Shown here in pieces: positions 21,001 through 30,475 of a stretch of DNA of 64,000 nucleotides (positions within the stretch are counted from its first letter, which is position 1; the number at the start of each line of letters is the position of its first letter). Source of the stretch: an uncultured Bacteroidales bacterium (GTDB taxonomy: Bacteria > Bacteroidota > Bacteroidia > Bacteroidales > UBA11471); the NCBI GenBank assembly GCA_947593515.1, contig CANQDQ010000002.1:115471-179470 (forward strand), in the 5' to 3' direction. The position numbers were made by a program, and so were the translations under genes. Under the pieces are notes generated by a model. That model saw only the letters and a program-made list of their open reading frames with translations. It was not told where the DNA came from and did no database searches.

Positions 21001-22457
21001 TTTCCTTTTGTATTTCATTAGTCGTTTTGATTGCCGGATTTCTCATTTACGGCAAATTCGTGGAAAAGGTTTTCGGCATAGAGCCGAACCGCAAGACGCC
21101 AGCTGTCGCCAACCCCGACGGTGTGGATTTCGTTCCGCTGCCGGCATGGAAAATCTTTATGATTCAATTCCTGAACATCGCCGGACTGGGTCCGATATTC
21201 GGCGCTATCATGGGCGCGAAATTCGGTACGTCGGCGTTCCTCTGGATTGTCTTCGGCACGATCTTCGCCGGAGCCGTACACGATTATCTTGCCGGTATGA
21301 TTTCCCTGCGGCACAACGGTGAGAGTCTGCCCGAGACCATCGGCCGCTATTTGGGCATTACCGCCAAGCAGGTGATGCGGGCGTTCACCGTGATACTCAT
21401 GATACTGGTGGGCGTGGTGTTCGTGGCAGGACCTTCCGACCTGCTGGCAATGCTTACGCCCGAAACGTTCGATGCCCGATTTTGGATATTCGTCATCTTC
21501 GCCTATTACATTCTGGCGACCCTTTTCCCGATAGACAAAATCATCGGGCGCGTCTATCCGCTTTTCGCTATAGCCTTGATATTCATGGCTATCGGCATTC
21601 TCATCATGCTGTTCGTTACCTGTCCCGACATTCCCGAACTGACGGACGGTTTGGGCAACAAAAGCGCTTCGCCCGAAAACAATCCCCTCTTTCCCATGCT
21701 GTTCATCAGTATAGCTTGCGGTGCCATTTCGGGATTTCACGCCACGCAGTCGCCCCTGATGGCACGCTGCATGACCAACGAGCGGCAAGGTCGCTACATC
21801 TTTTACGGCTCCATGGTAACCGAAGGCGTCGTGGCGCTGATATGGGCAGCGGCGGCGACCTACTTTTTCAGTCCCGAAGGACAGGCGTTTTTCGGCGTTA
21901 CCGAACCCGAAAAAGTGAACGGCAATTCCGCCGTCATCGTCAATCTTCTCTCCACCCGCTGGTTGGGAGTCATCGGCGGTGCGCTGGCGATACTCGGCGT
22001 GGTGGCAGCCCCCATTACCTCCGGCGATACGGCATTCCGCTCGGCACGGCTCATCGTCGCCGACTTTCTGCACCTCGAACAGCGCAGCGTCGTCAAACGG
22101 CTGATGATTTGCATACCCATGTTCATCGTGGCTATATTGATATTGATTTACAGCCTATCCGACCCCGCCGGATTTGAAAAAATCTGGCGATACTTCGCAT
22201 GGAGCAATCAAACGCTGGCGACCTTCACCTTGTGGGCGATTACCGTGTATCTGGCGCAAAAGAAGAAACCCTATTGGATAACGCTCATACCCGCCCTCTT
22301 TATGATGTCGGTCGTACTCACCTACATTTTGTTCGACCGTTCGGGTATCGCCCTCTCCTATACGGTATCGGTAACGACAGCCGTTGTCGTTACCCTGTTG
22401 TCGGCAGTGTGGTTTTTCATGCGTCTGCCCAAGATGCAGGACGTCGATAAAATATAA
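20997..22457 (+). CDS. cstA: Carbon starvation protein A (CstA family peptide/pyruvate transporter)
   Basis: 486-aa polytopic membrane protein. 'FGHHFAAIAG'-like region 'NIAGLGPIFGAIMGAKFG' and overall CstA similarity support the call. Confidence 0.82.
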   Translation: MISFCISLVVLIAGFLIYGKFVEKVFGIEPNRKTPAVANPDGVDFVPLPAWKIFMIQFLNIAGLGPIFGAIMGAKFGTSAFLWIVFGTIFAGAVHDYLAGMISLRHNGESLPETIGRYLGITAKQVMRAFTVILMILVGVVFVAGPSDLLAMLTPETFDARFWIFVIFAYYILATLFPIDKIIGRVYPLFAIALIFMAIGILIMLFVTCPDIPELTDGLGNKSASPENNPLFPMLFISIACGAISGFHATQSPLMARCMTNERQGRYIFYGSMVTEGVVALIWAAAATYFFSPEGQAFFGVTEPEKVNGNSAVIVNLLSTRWLGVIGGALAILGVVAAPITSGDTAFRSARLIVADFLHLEQRSVVKRLMICIPMFIVAILILIYSLSDPAGFEKIWRYFAWSNQTLATFTLWAITVYLAQKKKPYWITLIPALFMMSVVLTYILFDRSGIALSYTVSVTTAVVVTLLSAVWFFMRLPKMQDVDKI

Positions 22458-22480
22458 CTGCGACAGGGTTTTACGATACA

Positions 22481-22520
22481 GAAAGCCGAAGAAAATTTTC
22501 TTCGGCTTTCTTCTTGTTAT
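22481..22520 (+). terminator. Rho-independent terminator after cstA
   Basis: Palindrome gaaagccgaagaaaa/ttttcttcggctttc followed by T-rich sequence. Confidence 0.8.
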
Positions 22521-22547
22521 TTTATTCTGAATTTCAGATGAATTTTG

Positions 22548-22555
22548 TACCTTTG
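22548..22555 (+). promoter_or_regulatory. -7 motif TACCTTTG upstream of ileS
   Basis: TAnnTTTG match 36 nt upstream of the ATG at 22591. Confidence 0.55.
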
Positions 22556-22590
22556 CACCGATTTTTCAGAAACGCTATTCAAAAACAGAT

Positions 22591-25500
22591 ATGAGCAAGA
22601 AATTTACCGAGTATTCCGGATTCGATTTATCGGAGATAAACAAAGAAGTGTTGAAGAAATGGGATTCCGAACAGCTCTTTCAGCAAAGCATGAAAACGCG
22701 GGAAGGCTGCCCCTCTTTCGTCTTTTATGAAGGACCTCCTTCGGCGAACGGTATGCCCGGCATTCATCACGTCATGGCGCGTTCCATCAAGGACATATTC
22801 TGCCGCTACAAAACGATGAAAGGCTTCCACGTGAAACGGAAAGCCGGTTGGGACACGCACGGACTGCCGGTGGAACTCGGTGTGGAAAAGGCATTGGGAA
22901 TCACCAAAGAAGACATCGGAAAGAAAATTTCGGTGGAAGACTATAATGCCGCCTGCCGCAAAGACGTGATGAAATTTACCAAAGAGTGGGAAGACCTCAC
23001 CCACAAAATGGGATACTGGGTCGATATGAAAGACCCCTACATCACTTACGACAACCGCTATATCGAAACGTTGTGGTGGCTGCTCAAACAACTTTACGGC
23101 AAAGGACTGCTCTACAAGGGCTATACCATACAACCCTACTCGCCTGCGGCGGGAACCGGACTTAGCTCGCACGAGCTGAACCAGCCGGGCTGTTATCGCG
23201 ACGTCAAAGACACGACCGTCGTTGCCCTGTTCAAGATGAAAAATCCGAGACCCGAAATGGCGGCATGGGGTACGCCCTGCTTCATCGCATGGACGACGAC
23301 TCCGTGGACACTGCCCTCGAACACGGCATTGTGCGTCGGTCCGCAAATCGACTACGTTGCCGTGCAAACCTATAACGGATATACGGGCACGCCTATCACC
23401 GTCGTTTTGGCGAAAGCCCTCTTAAACGCACATTTCAATGCCAAAGCCGCCGAATTGCCGCTCGATGCCTACAAAGCCGGCGACAAGCTGATACCCTACA
23501 AGGTGGTCGGCGAATACAAAGGCAGCGACTTGGTAGGCATGGAATACGAACAGCTCATACCTTGGGTGAAACCGGTCGATGTCGATAACGAAGGCAATTG
23601 GTCGGTAAGCAGCAAAGCATTCCGCGTCATTCCGGGCGACTACGTTACGACCGAAGACGGTACGGGCATCGTGCACATCGCTCCGACTTTCGGCGCCGAC
23701 GACGCACAGGTAGCAAAAGCTGCCGGCATACCTTCGCTCTTTATGATAAACCGCAAAGGCGAAACCCGCCCGATGGTCGATCTCACCGGCAAATTCTATC
23801 TCCTCGACGAACTCGACGAAACGTTTGTGAAAAACTGCGTCGATGTAGAGCTCTATAAAGAATATCAGGGAGCGTGGGTGAAAAATGCCTACGACCCGAA
23901 ATTCACCATCGACGGCAGATACGACGAGAAAGCGGCGCAGGCTGCCGAATCGCTGGATATCGTGCTTTGCATGATGATGAAGCAGCGTGGGCAGGCGTTC
24001 AAAATAGAGAAGCATACGCACAACTACCCGCACTGTTGGCGCACCGACAAACCGGTGCTCTACTATCCGTTGGACAGTTGGTTTATTCGCTCCACCGCTT
24101 GCAAGGAGCGCATGATGGAGTTGAACAAAACCATCAACTGGAAGCCGGAATCCACCGGCACGGGACGATTCGGCAAGTGGCTCGAAAACCTGAACGACTG
24201 GAATTTGAGCCGTTCACGCTACTGGGGCACTCCCCTGCCCATTTGGCGGTCGGAAGGCGGAGCCGAGAAATGTATCGGCTCGGTGGCGGAGTTGTATGCC
24301 GAAATCGAAAAATCCATCGCCGCCGGCTTTATGAAAACCAATCCCTACAAGGAAAAAGGTTTCGAGCCGGGTGTATATACCAAAGAAAATTACGACAAGA
24401 TAGACTTGCACCGTCCTTACGTCGATGACATAATTTTGGTGTCGGACGACGGCGAACCGATGAAACGGGAAAGCGACCTGATAGATGTTTGGTTCGATTC
24501 CGGTGCGATGCCTTACGCGCAGATACACTATCCGTTCGAGAACAAAGAATTGTTGGACAACGGGCAGGTATATCCTGCCGATTTCATCGCCGAAGGCGTA
24601 GACCAGACGCGCGGGTGGTTCTTCACCCTGCACGCCATTGCCGCCATGGTGTTCGACAAAGTGGCGTACAAAGCCGTCATATCCAACGGTCTCGTGCTCG
24701 ACAAGAACGGGAACAAGATGTCGAAGCGGCTCGGCAATGCCGTCGATCCGTTCTCGGCAATCGAAAAATACGGTTCCGACCCCCTGCGCTGGTATATGAT
24801 TACCAACTCGTCGCCGTGGGATAATCTGAAATTCGACGTCGAAGGCGTGGAAGAAGTGCGCCGCAAATTCTTCGGTACACTTTACAACACCTATTCGTTC
24901 TTCGCTCTTTACGCCAATGTCGACGGCTTCACGTTCTCCGAACTGGAAATACCGGTAAGCCAACGTCCCGAAATAGATCGCTGGATTATATCGCTGCTCA
25001 ATACGCTGGTCAAAGATGTCGATGGATATTACAACGATTACGAGCCTACGCGCGCCGGTCGTGCCATATCCGATTTCGTAAACGACAATCTCAGCAACTG
25101 GTACGTGCGGCTGAACCGTAAACGCTTCTGGGGCGGAAATATGGACACCGACAAACTGTCGGCATACCAGACGCTCTACACCTGTCTCGAAACGATTGCC
25201 GCCCTGATGGCGCCTATCGCTCCTTTCTTCGCCGACCGCCTCTATACCGACTTGACAACGGCGACCGGACGCGACACGCATTCCGTGCATTTGAGCCGCT
25301 TCCCCGCCGTACACGAAGAGTGCATCGACAAACCGCTCGAAGAGCGTATGCAGATAGCCCAAGATATCACCTCTATGGTGTTGGCGCTCCGCCGCAAGGT
25401 GAACATCAAGGTGCGCCAGCCGCTGACCATGCTGCTCGTGCCGGTGCTCGACGACCGGCAGCGTCAAGATATAGAAAGCGTAAAAACTTTGATTCTCAAC

Positions 25501-26076
25501 GAGGTAAATGTGAAGGAATTGAAGTTTGCCGACAATGCCGCCGGCATACTGGTGAAACGGGTGAAGCCCGATTTCAAAAAGCTGGGTCCGCGCTACGGAA
25601 AAATCATGAAGCAGCTGGCAGACGCCATTACCCGTATGGAGCAAGCCGACATACTTCGATTCGAGAAAGATGGCAGCTTCACGTTCACGATAGAGGCGCA
25701 GCAGGCAGTCGTGGAACTTGCCGACGTCGATATCATATCGGAAGACATACCGGGCTGGCTCGTCGCCAACGAAGGTCGTCTGACGGTGGCGCTCGACATT
25801 ACGGTAACGGAAGAACTGAAACGCGAGGGTATCGCCCGCGAACTGGTGAACCGCATACAGAATATCCGTAAATCGAGCGGATTCGACATCACCGACAAGA
25901 TACACGTGCGCATAGCCCGGCAGGCGGAAATAAACGATGCTGTCGAAACTTTCGGCGACTACATCGCCCGACAGGTATTGGCAGACTCTATCGTTCTGTG
26001 CGACAGCCTCGAAGCCGAAAGTACGGAACTCGATTTCGAGACGTTCACCGTACGCCTGTCTGTTATAAAAGCGTAA
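22591..26076 (+). CDS. ileS: Isoleucine--tRNA ligase (type 2, long form)
   Basis: 1161 aa. Has the HIGH-type motif 'PSANGMPGIHH', the KMSKS motif 'KMSKRLGN' and a CP1 editing domain. Confidence 0.97.
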   Translation: MSKKFTEYSGFDLSEINKEVLKKWDSEQLFQQSMKTREGCPSFVFYEGPPSANGMPGIHHVMARSIKDIFCRYKTMKGFHVKRKAGWDTHGLPVELGVEKALGITKEDIGKKISVEDYNAACRKDVMKFTKEWEDLTHKMGYWVDMKDPYITYDNRYIETLWWLLKQLYGKGLLYKGYTIQPYSPAAGTGLSSHELNQPGCYRDVKDTTVVALFKMKNPRPEMAAWGTPCFIAWTTTPWTLPSNTALCVGPQIDYVAVQTYNGYTGTPITVVLAKALLNAHFNAKAAELPLDAYKAGDKLIPYKVVGEYKGSDLVGMEYEQLIPWVKPVDVDNEGNWSVSSKAFRVIPGDYVTTEDGTGIVHIAPTFGADDAQVAKAAGIPSLFMINRKGETRPMVDLTGKFYLLDELDETFVKNCVDVELYKEYQGAWVKNAYDPKFTIDGRYDEKAAQAAESLDIVLCMMMKQRGQAFKIEKHTHNYPHCWRTDKPVLYYPLDSWFIRSTACKERMMELNKTINWKPESTGTGRFGKWLENLNDWNLSRSRYWGTPLPIWRSEGGAEKCIGSVAELYAEIEKSIAAGFMKTNPYKEKGFEPGVYTKENYDKIDLHRPYVDDIILVSDDGEPMKRESDLIDVWFDSGAMPYAQIHYPFENKELLDNGQVYPADFIAEGVDQTRGWFFTLHAIAAMVFDKVAYKAVISNGLVLDKNGNKMSKRLGNAVDPFSAIEKYGSDPLRWYMITNSSPWDNLKFDVEGVEEVRRKFFGTLYNTYSFFALYANVDGFTFSELEIPVSQRPEIDRWIISLLNTLVKDVDGYYNDYEPTRAGRAISDFVNDNLSNWYVRLNRKRFWGGNMDTDKLSAYQTLYTCLETIAALMAPIAPFFADRLYTDLTTATGRDTHSVHLSRFPAVHEECIDKPLEERMQIAQDITSMVLALRRKVNIKVRQPLTMLLVPVLDDRQRQDIESVKTLILNEVNVKELKFADNAAGILVKRVKPDFKKLGPRYGKIMKQLADAITRMEQADILRFEKDGSFTFTIEAQQAVVELADVDIISEDIPGWLVANEGRLTVALDITVTEELKREGIARELVNRIQNIRKSSGFDITDKIHVRIARQAEINDAVETFGDYIARQVLADSIVLCDSLEAESTELDFETFTVRLSVIKA

Positions 26077-26144
26077 ATAAAGCGGATATGCCGTATTTAT
26101 TCACAAATATGATTTAATTTCGCATCGAACAAATAATTCAAGCT

Positions 26145-26522
26145 ATGGGAACAAAAAAACGCTACTCAGATGCCGAATTGGAGGAATTTCGCGCTATCAT
26201 TCAGGAAAAGCTCGAAAAAGCCTACAAAGATTATGATTTGTTGAAAGCCTCCGTGATGAATGCCGACGGAAACGACGTTACCGATACCTCTCCCACATTC
26301 AAGGTTTTGGAAGAAGGCGCCACGACGCTCTCCAAAGAAGAAGCCGGGCTGTTGGCACAACGACAGATGAAATTCATACAGAACCTGCAAGCCGCCTTGG
26401 TGCGCATCGAAAACAAGACCTACGGCATTTGCAGGGAAACGGGCGAACTGATACCGAAAGAACGCCTCTATGCCGTGCCCCATGCCACGTTGAGTATTGA
26501 CGCAAAGAAAGGTCGGAAATGA
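26145..26522 (+). CDS. DksA/TraR-family protein with a degenerate zinc finger
   Basis: 125 aa. A coiled-coil N-terminus is followed by 'YGICRETGELIPKERLYAVPHATLS', which aligns to the DksA C4 finger region. The whole protein has only one Cys. Confidence 0.72.
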   Translation: MGTKKRYSDAELEEFRAIIQEKLEKAYKDYDLLKASVMNADGNDVTDTSPTFKVLEEGATTLSKEEAGLLAQRQMKFIQNLQAALVRIENKTYGICRETGELIPKERLYAVPHATLSIDAKKGRK

Positions 26523-27154
26523 CGGGAAAACGCAAAGCCGCCCTGCTCACCGTATTGCTGATACTCCTTATCGACCAGATTTCCAAAATCTGGATAAAGA
26601 CGCATTTCACGCTGGGCGAGAGTATTTCCGTAACCGGTTGGTTCAAGATACTTTTCGTTGAAAACAACGGTATGGCATTCGGCATCGAAGTGTTGGGCAA
26701 ACTGTTTTTGAGCCTGTTCCGCATCGCCGCCATTGCGCTTATCGGCTATTTTCTCTATAAACTGACCGGCAAAAAAGGCTCGTATAAATACGGTTACATC
26801 GTATGTATCGCATTGATATTCGCCGGTGCGGCGGGCAATATCATCGACTCGCTTTTCTATGGACTTCTGTTCAGCGAATCAACCTACCGCAGTGTGGCGG
26901 TGTTGTTGCCGGCGGGTGGCGGCTATGCGCCATTCCTTTACGGAAAAGTGGTCGATATGCTTTACTTTCCGCTGTTCGGTTTCTATTGGCCGCAGTGGGT
27001 ACCGTTTGTCGGCGGAGAGTATTTCGAATTTTTCCGACCGGTGTTCAACATTGCCGACTCCGCCATATCGGTAGGCGTAATCGTTTTGATACTTTTCTAC
27101 CGAAACACTTTTTCAAAATCGTTTTCAGAACTTTTTCCTGCCAAATCGAAATAA
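26519..27154 (+). CDS. lspA: Lipoprotein signal peptidase (signal peptidase II)
   Basis: 211 aa with 4 TM helices. Shows 'ENNGMAFG' and 'FNIADSAISVG' with the catalytic Asp motifs. It overlaps the upstream gene by 4 nt. Confidence 0.9.
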   Translation: MTGKRKAALLTVLLILLIDQISKIWIKTHFTLGESISVTGWFKILFVENNGMAFGIEVLGKLFLSLFRIAAIALIGYFLYKLTGKKGSYKYGYIVCIALIFAGAAGNIIDSLFYGLLFSESTYRSVAVLLPAGGGYAPFLYGKVVDMLYFPLFGFYWPQWVPFVGGEYFEFFRPVFNIADSAISVGVIVLILFYRNTFSKSFSELFPAKSK

Positions 27155-27924
27155 TGCGAATCGTAAAGACGCTCTGCTTCGGGATATTGCTTGTCGGTAT
27201 TGTCGCTTGCGAAAAAATACCGTCGTACCTCATACGTCCCGATAAAATGACGGAAGTGCTGGTCGATATACACAAGGCGGAAGCCATATCCGATAATATC
27301 CGAGAATACAGTACTTCTGAAGGAAAAGAGGCGTTGAAACGGTCGATATACAAAAAACACGACATTACGCAGGAAGAGTTCGATACTTCTCTGGTGTGGT
27401 ACAGCAAACACATGAAGAAGTATTCGGAAATATACAAAACCGTTTCTTCCATACTGAAAGCGGAAGACGACGACGTAAAAGTGTTGTTGGTAGAGAAAAA
27501 GAGTGCCCCGCTTTCGAGTCCGGGCGATTCCGTAAATGTTTGGAACAAAGAGCCGTTTTATCTTTTCGAGCCGCGCAAACGCCGTCGTGTTCTGACTTTC
27601 GACATACCGTCCGACGACAACTACCGCGAAGACGATATTTTCCAACTCTCCGTCGATTTCGGAAAACTGCCGGCGAATATTCCCGAAAACGCCCGCATGA
27701 CGCTTCTTATCAAACATCGCAACGATTCGATAGCAACAGTATCGACCGATGTACTGCACGACGGCGTTACACAGATTCAAGTGCAGGCGCGAAACAATCG
27801 CGTCGCCCGTGTCATGGGCAGCATCGAAGTGCCGGCTTATCCGGCATGGCAAACCTCTTATGCCGATCATATCTCGCTGCTGCGCATTCGCTACAAATAT
27901 CGCCCCAACCTTCCTAAGCCCTAA
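27154..27924 (+). CDS. DUF4296-like lipoprotein
   Basis: The start is 'MRIVKTLCFGILLVGIVACEK' (lipobox) at the TAATG junction with lspA. 'MTEVLVDIHKAEA' is typical of DUF4296. The 26803 extension is rejected because it overlaps lspA. Confidence 0.6.
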   Translation: MRIVKTLCFGILLVGIVACEKIPSYLIRPDKMTEVLVDIHKAEAISDNIREYSTSEGKEALKRSIYKKHDITQEEFDTSLVWYSKHMKKYSEIYKTVSSILKAEDDDVKVLLVEKKSAPLSSPGDSVNVWNKEPFYLFEPRKRRRVLTFDIPSDDNYREDDIFQLSVDFGKLPANIPENARMTLLIKHRNDSIATVSTDVLHDGVTQIQVQARNNRVARVMGSIEVPAYPAWQTSYADHISLLRIRYKYRPNLPKP

Positions 27925-27927
27925 GCG

Positions 27928-28290
27928 ATGCACCGCTCTTTCTTGGCTCATTATATCTGTACGGAACAAGGCATTTTCGAGCAGTCGGTATTGCATATCG
28001 ACGAGGCGACAGGGCAAGTTTCGATTTTTCCTTACGAGAAAGAAACGCCCTATACCCGCTTTTGCGACGGCGTATTAGTGGCTGTCAATTCATCATTTCA
28101 AACGAAGAAACAGGAATTTCTCGATGCCTTGAACGAGAGAGAATATGATTCGCTGCTCGACGTGGCGCACTTTCTTTCTGTATCGCCGTATTTGCCGGTG
28201 ATGGTGAAGCAGCCCTTCTCCCTTCTTTATTCCTTGTGTTTCGATGTCCGGACGCATCGCTTGTACTGGCAGGAGGTAGCCCGATTGTAA
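27928..28290 (+). CDS. Hypothetical protein
   Basis: 120-aa ORF starting 3 nt after the preceding stop, in the same operon. I recognise no family. Confidence 0.4.
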   Translation: MHRSFLAHYICTEQGIFEQSVLHIDEATGQVSIFPYEKETPYTRFCDGVLVAVNSSFQTKKQEFLDALNEREYDSLLDVAHFLSVSPYLPVMVKQPFSLLYSLCFDVRTHRLYWQEVARL

Positions 28291-28445
28291 AATACCTCGT
28301 TTGCACGCAAGGTGTTCCTGCGGTGACGATAGCCGAAAGATAAAAAAAATTAAAATCATCGATATTGGAGCGTAAAAATGTTTGTACTTCTATCGGGAGT
28401 ATATACTTTTACATTCAAAAAATCTATTCTTAAATAATTTTTTGT

Positions 28446-29699
28446 ATGAAAAGACATTTTTTACCGATGATGATGCTCACTTGCATGACCTTGATAGCTG
28501 CAAGTTGCCAAGACGATAATACCGCTACCCCCGACGGAACGGTAGACAAAGCGAGCAAAGAAGAAACCTTGTATAAGCTCTATCCTGATGCAAGCAATAT
28601 TACATGGAGTGTCAAAGGAAATTATGCTGTTGCCGATTTCAGTGCGGACACAAGCCGATATACGGCATGGCTCGACAACGCCGGAAATTGGTATATGACC
28701 GAAAGCGATATGCTGTTCGAGCAGCTTCCGCAAGCTGTGAAAGAGGCTTTCAATAGCAGCGAATATGCCACGTGGAAAGTCGATGATGTAGACAAAATCT
28801 TCCGCGAAGGAGCGGAAACGGTTTATGTCATCGAGGCGGAAAGTATGCAGAATGGCGTAAAAACGGAAATAGACCTCTATTATTCCGAAGATGGCGTGTT
28901 GGTAAAGAGCGTAATCGATGCCGATGATGATGATTACAGCGATTTTATTCCCGCTCCTTCTGCCGGCAGCATAGAGGAGTTTATCGCAGCAAAATATCCG
29001 GCTGCACGTATCGTGGACATCGACAACGAGAACGGTATGACGGAGGTTGAAATTTTGGACGGACGGGTATGCCGGGAGTTGCTCTTCAACACTTCCAACG
29101 AATGGGTACACACCAAAACAGAAATAACCCTTGCTGATGTACCTACCCAAGTAATGGAGGCATTCAAAGCGTCGTCCTATGCAAATTATTATATCGATGA
29201 TATCGATTATTATGAAACCCCGACCGGAAATTACTATCGTTTCGATTTGAAATCCGCCACCGGAGATGTAAAAATCAACATCGGAGCGGACGGAAAAATG
29301 ACTGAACCCACCCCGCAGCCGGGCATCGGCGAAAATCAGGAAAACGGCGGTATGTTAGATGCGGCTGTCAAAAATTCCATTTTGGAAAAATATCCCGCCG
29401 CCCAAATACTCGAATATGATTACGATGATGGTTTGTTGGAAGTGGAAATCTGGCATGAAAACAAAGAAAAGAACGTTTATTTCAACGGCGCGAAAAATTG
29501 GGTGAGAACGGAATGGGACATTACGAGAAACGAACTGCCGACCGCCGTAACGAATACCATTGAAACACAATATGCCGGTTTCCGCATAGATGATATAGAA
29601 TACATACAAACACCGTCAGGCGATTACTATCGGATAGAGTTGGAACGCGGGGACAATGAACGGGAACTGCGGATAGATGCCGCCGGAAATATTTTGTAA
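28446..29699 (+). CDS. PepSY-like (DUF2874-type) repeat lipoprotein
   Basis: 417 aa with the signal/lipobox 'LIAASC'. A roughly 60-aa module recurs, with 'LP.AV...F...Y....IDDI(D/E)Y..TP.G.YYR.(D/E)L' seen 3 times and 'KYPAA.I.(D/E)...' seen twice. Confidence 0.65.
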   Translation: MKRHFLPMMMLTCMTLIAASCQDDNTATPDGTVDKASKEETLYKLYPDASNITWSVKGNYAVADFSADTSRYTAWLDNAGNWYMTESDMLFEQLPQAVKEAFNSSEYATWKVDDVDKIFREGAETVYVIEAESMQNGVKTEIDLYYSEDGVLVKSVIDADDDDYSDFIPAPSAGSIEEFIAAKYPAARIVDIDNENGMTEVEILDGRVCRELLFNTSNEWVHTKTEITLADVPTQVMEAFKASSYANYYIDDIDYYETPTGNYYRFDLKSATGDVKINIGADGKMTEPTPQPGIGENQENGGMLDAAVKNSILEKYPAAQILEYDYDDGLLEVEIWHENKEKNVYFNGAKNWVRTEWDITRNELPTAVTNTIETQYAGFRIDDIEYIQTPSGDYYRIELERGDNERELRIDAAGNIL

Positions 29700-29704
29700 T
29701 GACC

Positions 29705-29743
29705 GCGTATGCTCGCGGCATTAATTACTCCGCGAGCATACGC
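29705..29743. terminator. Convergent (bidirectional) hairpin between the PepSY-like gene and rlmB
   Basis: 14-bp stem gcgtatgctcgcgg/ccgcgagcatacgc. The right arm overlaps the last rlmB codons. Confidence 0.6.
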
Positions 29744-30468
29744 TGCCGTACCACTTCATATATCATCACTCCTGCCGCCACCGAAACGTTGAGCGACCCG
29801 ATGCGCCCCTGTTGGGGCAAAGAAACCTGCGTTTCGCAAAGCCGCATCGCAGCCGGCGATATACCGGTATCTTCGGCACCCATGACGATAGCTGTCGGCA
29901 CCGTGTAATCGACCGACGTATAGGAAATTGCCGCCTTTTCCGAGGCGGCAATCGCTTTTATACCGCACGCTCGAAGGTAATGCAGCGCTTCGGCAATCGA
30001 CGGCTCCCGACATACGGGAATATGCAGCAGGGCGCCTGCCGAAGTCTTGACGGCATCGGGCGTTACCGACACGCTCCCTTTTTCGGGTATGACAAGGGCA
30101 TCGACGCCGGCGCACTCACAGGTGCGGGCTATGGCGCCGAAATTGCGCACATCGGTCAGCCCGTCGAGCAGTACGACAAAGGGAGTACGTCCCTCTTCAT
30201 AAAGCGTCGGTATAAGGTCGGCTATCCGCTGGTAGGCAACGGGCGATACGAATGCTAATACGCCTTGGTGGTTTTTGCGGGTGATACGGTTTATTTTTTC
30301 CACCGGCACCCGTTGCAACGAAATGTTCCTGCCTTTTACCGCAGCATACAGATCCTGTATCAACTCGCCTTGCAGGTCTTTTTTTATCAGTATCTTATCG
30401 ATCTCTTTGCCGGCATCTATCGCTTCGATAACGGCGCGTATGCCGAATATAAAGTCGTGGCGTTCCAT
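29725..30468 (-). CDS. rlmB: 23S rRNA (guanosine-2'-O)-methyltransferase RlmB (SpoU/TrmH family)
   Basis: 247 aa with an N-terminal SpoU_sub_bind region and SPOUT motifs 'LDGLTDVRNFGAIARTC', 'VMGAEDTGIS' and 'SLNVSVAAGV'. Confidence 0.85.
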   Translation of the reverse strand: MERHDFIFGIRAVIEAIDAGKEIDKILIKKDLQGELIQDLYAAVKGRNISLQRVPVEKINRITRKNHQGVLAFVSPVAYQRIADLIPTLYEEGRTPFVVLLDGLTDVRNFGAIARTCECAGVDALVIPEKGSVSVTPDAVKTSAGALLHIPVCREPSIAEALHYLRACGIKAIAASEKAAISYTSVDYTVPTAIVMGAEDTGISPAAMRLCETQVSLPQQGRIGSLNVSVAAGVMIYEVVRQRMLAE

Positions 30469-30475
30469 AGGTGTA

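Noticed and set aside
24214-25905. 563-aa ORF antisense to ileS
   Set aside because: Shadow ORF inside a full-length, motif-bearing ileS. It has no recognisable domains.
26803-27153. N-terminal 117-aa extension of the DUF4296 ORF; similar extensions at 3314-3412, 5366-5440, 16681-16863, 16727-16780, 41990-42040, 58355-58399, 61989-62018 and 63535-63609
   Set aside because: The extensions overlap neighbouring genes or promoter motifs and precede obvious signal peptides or conserved N-termini. I chose the internal Met starts instead.
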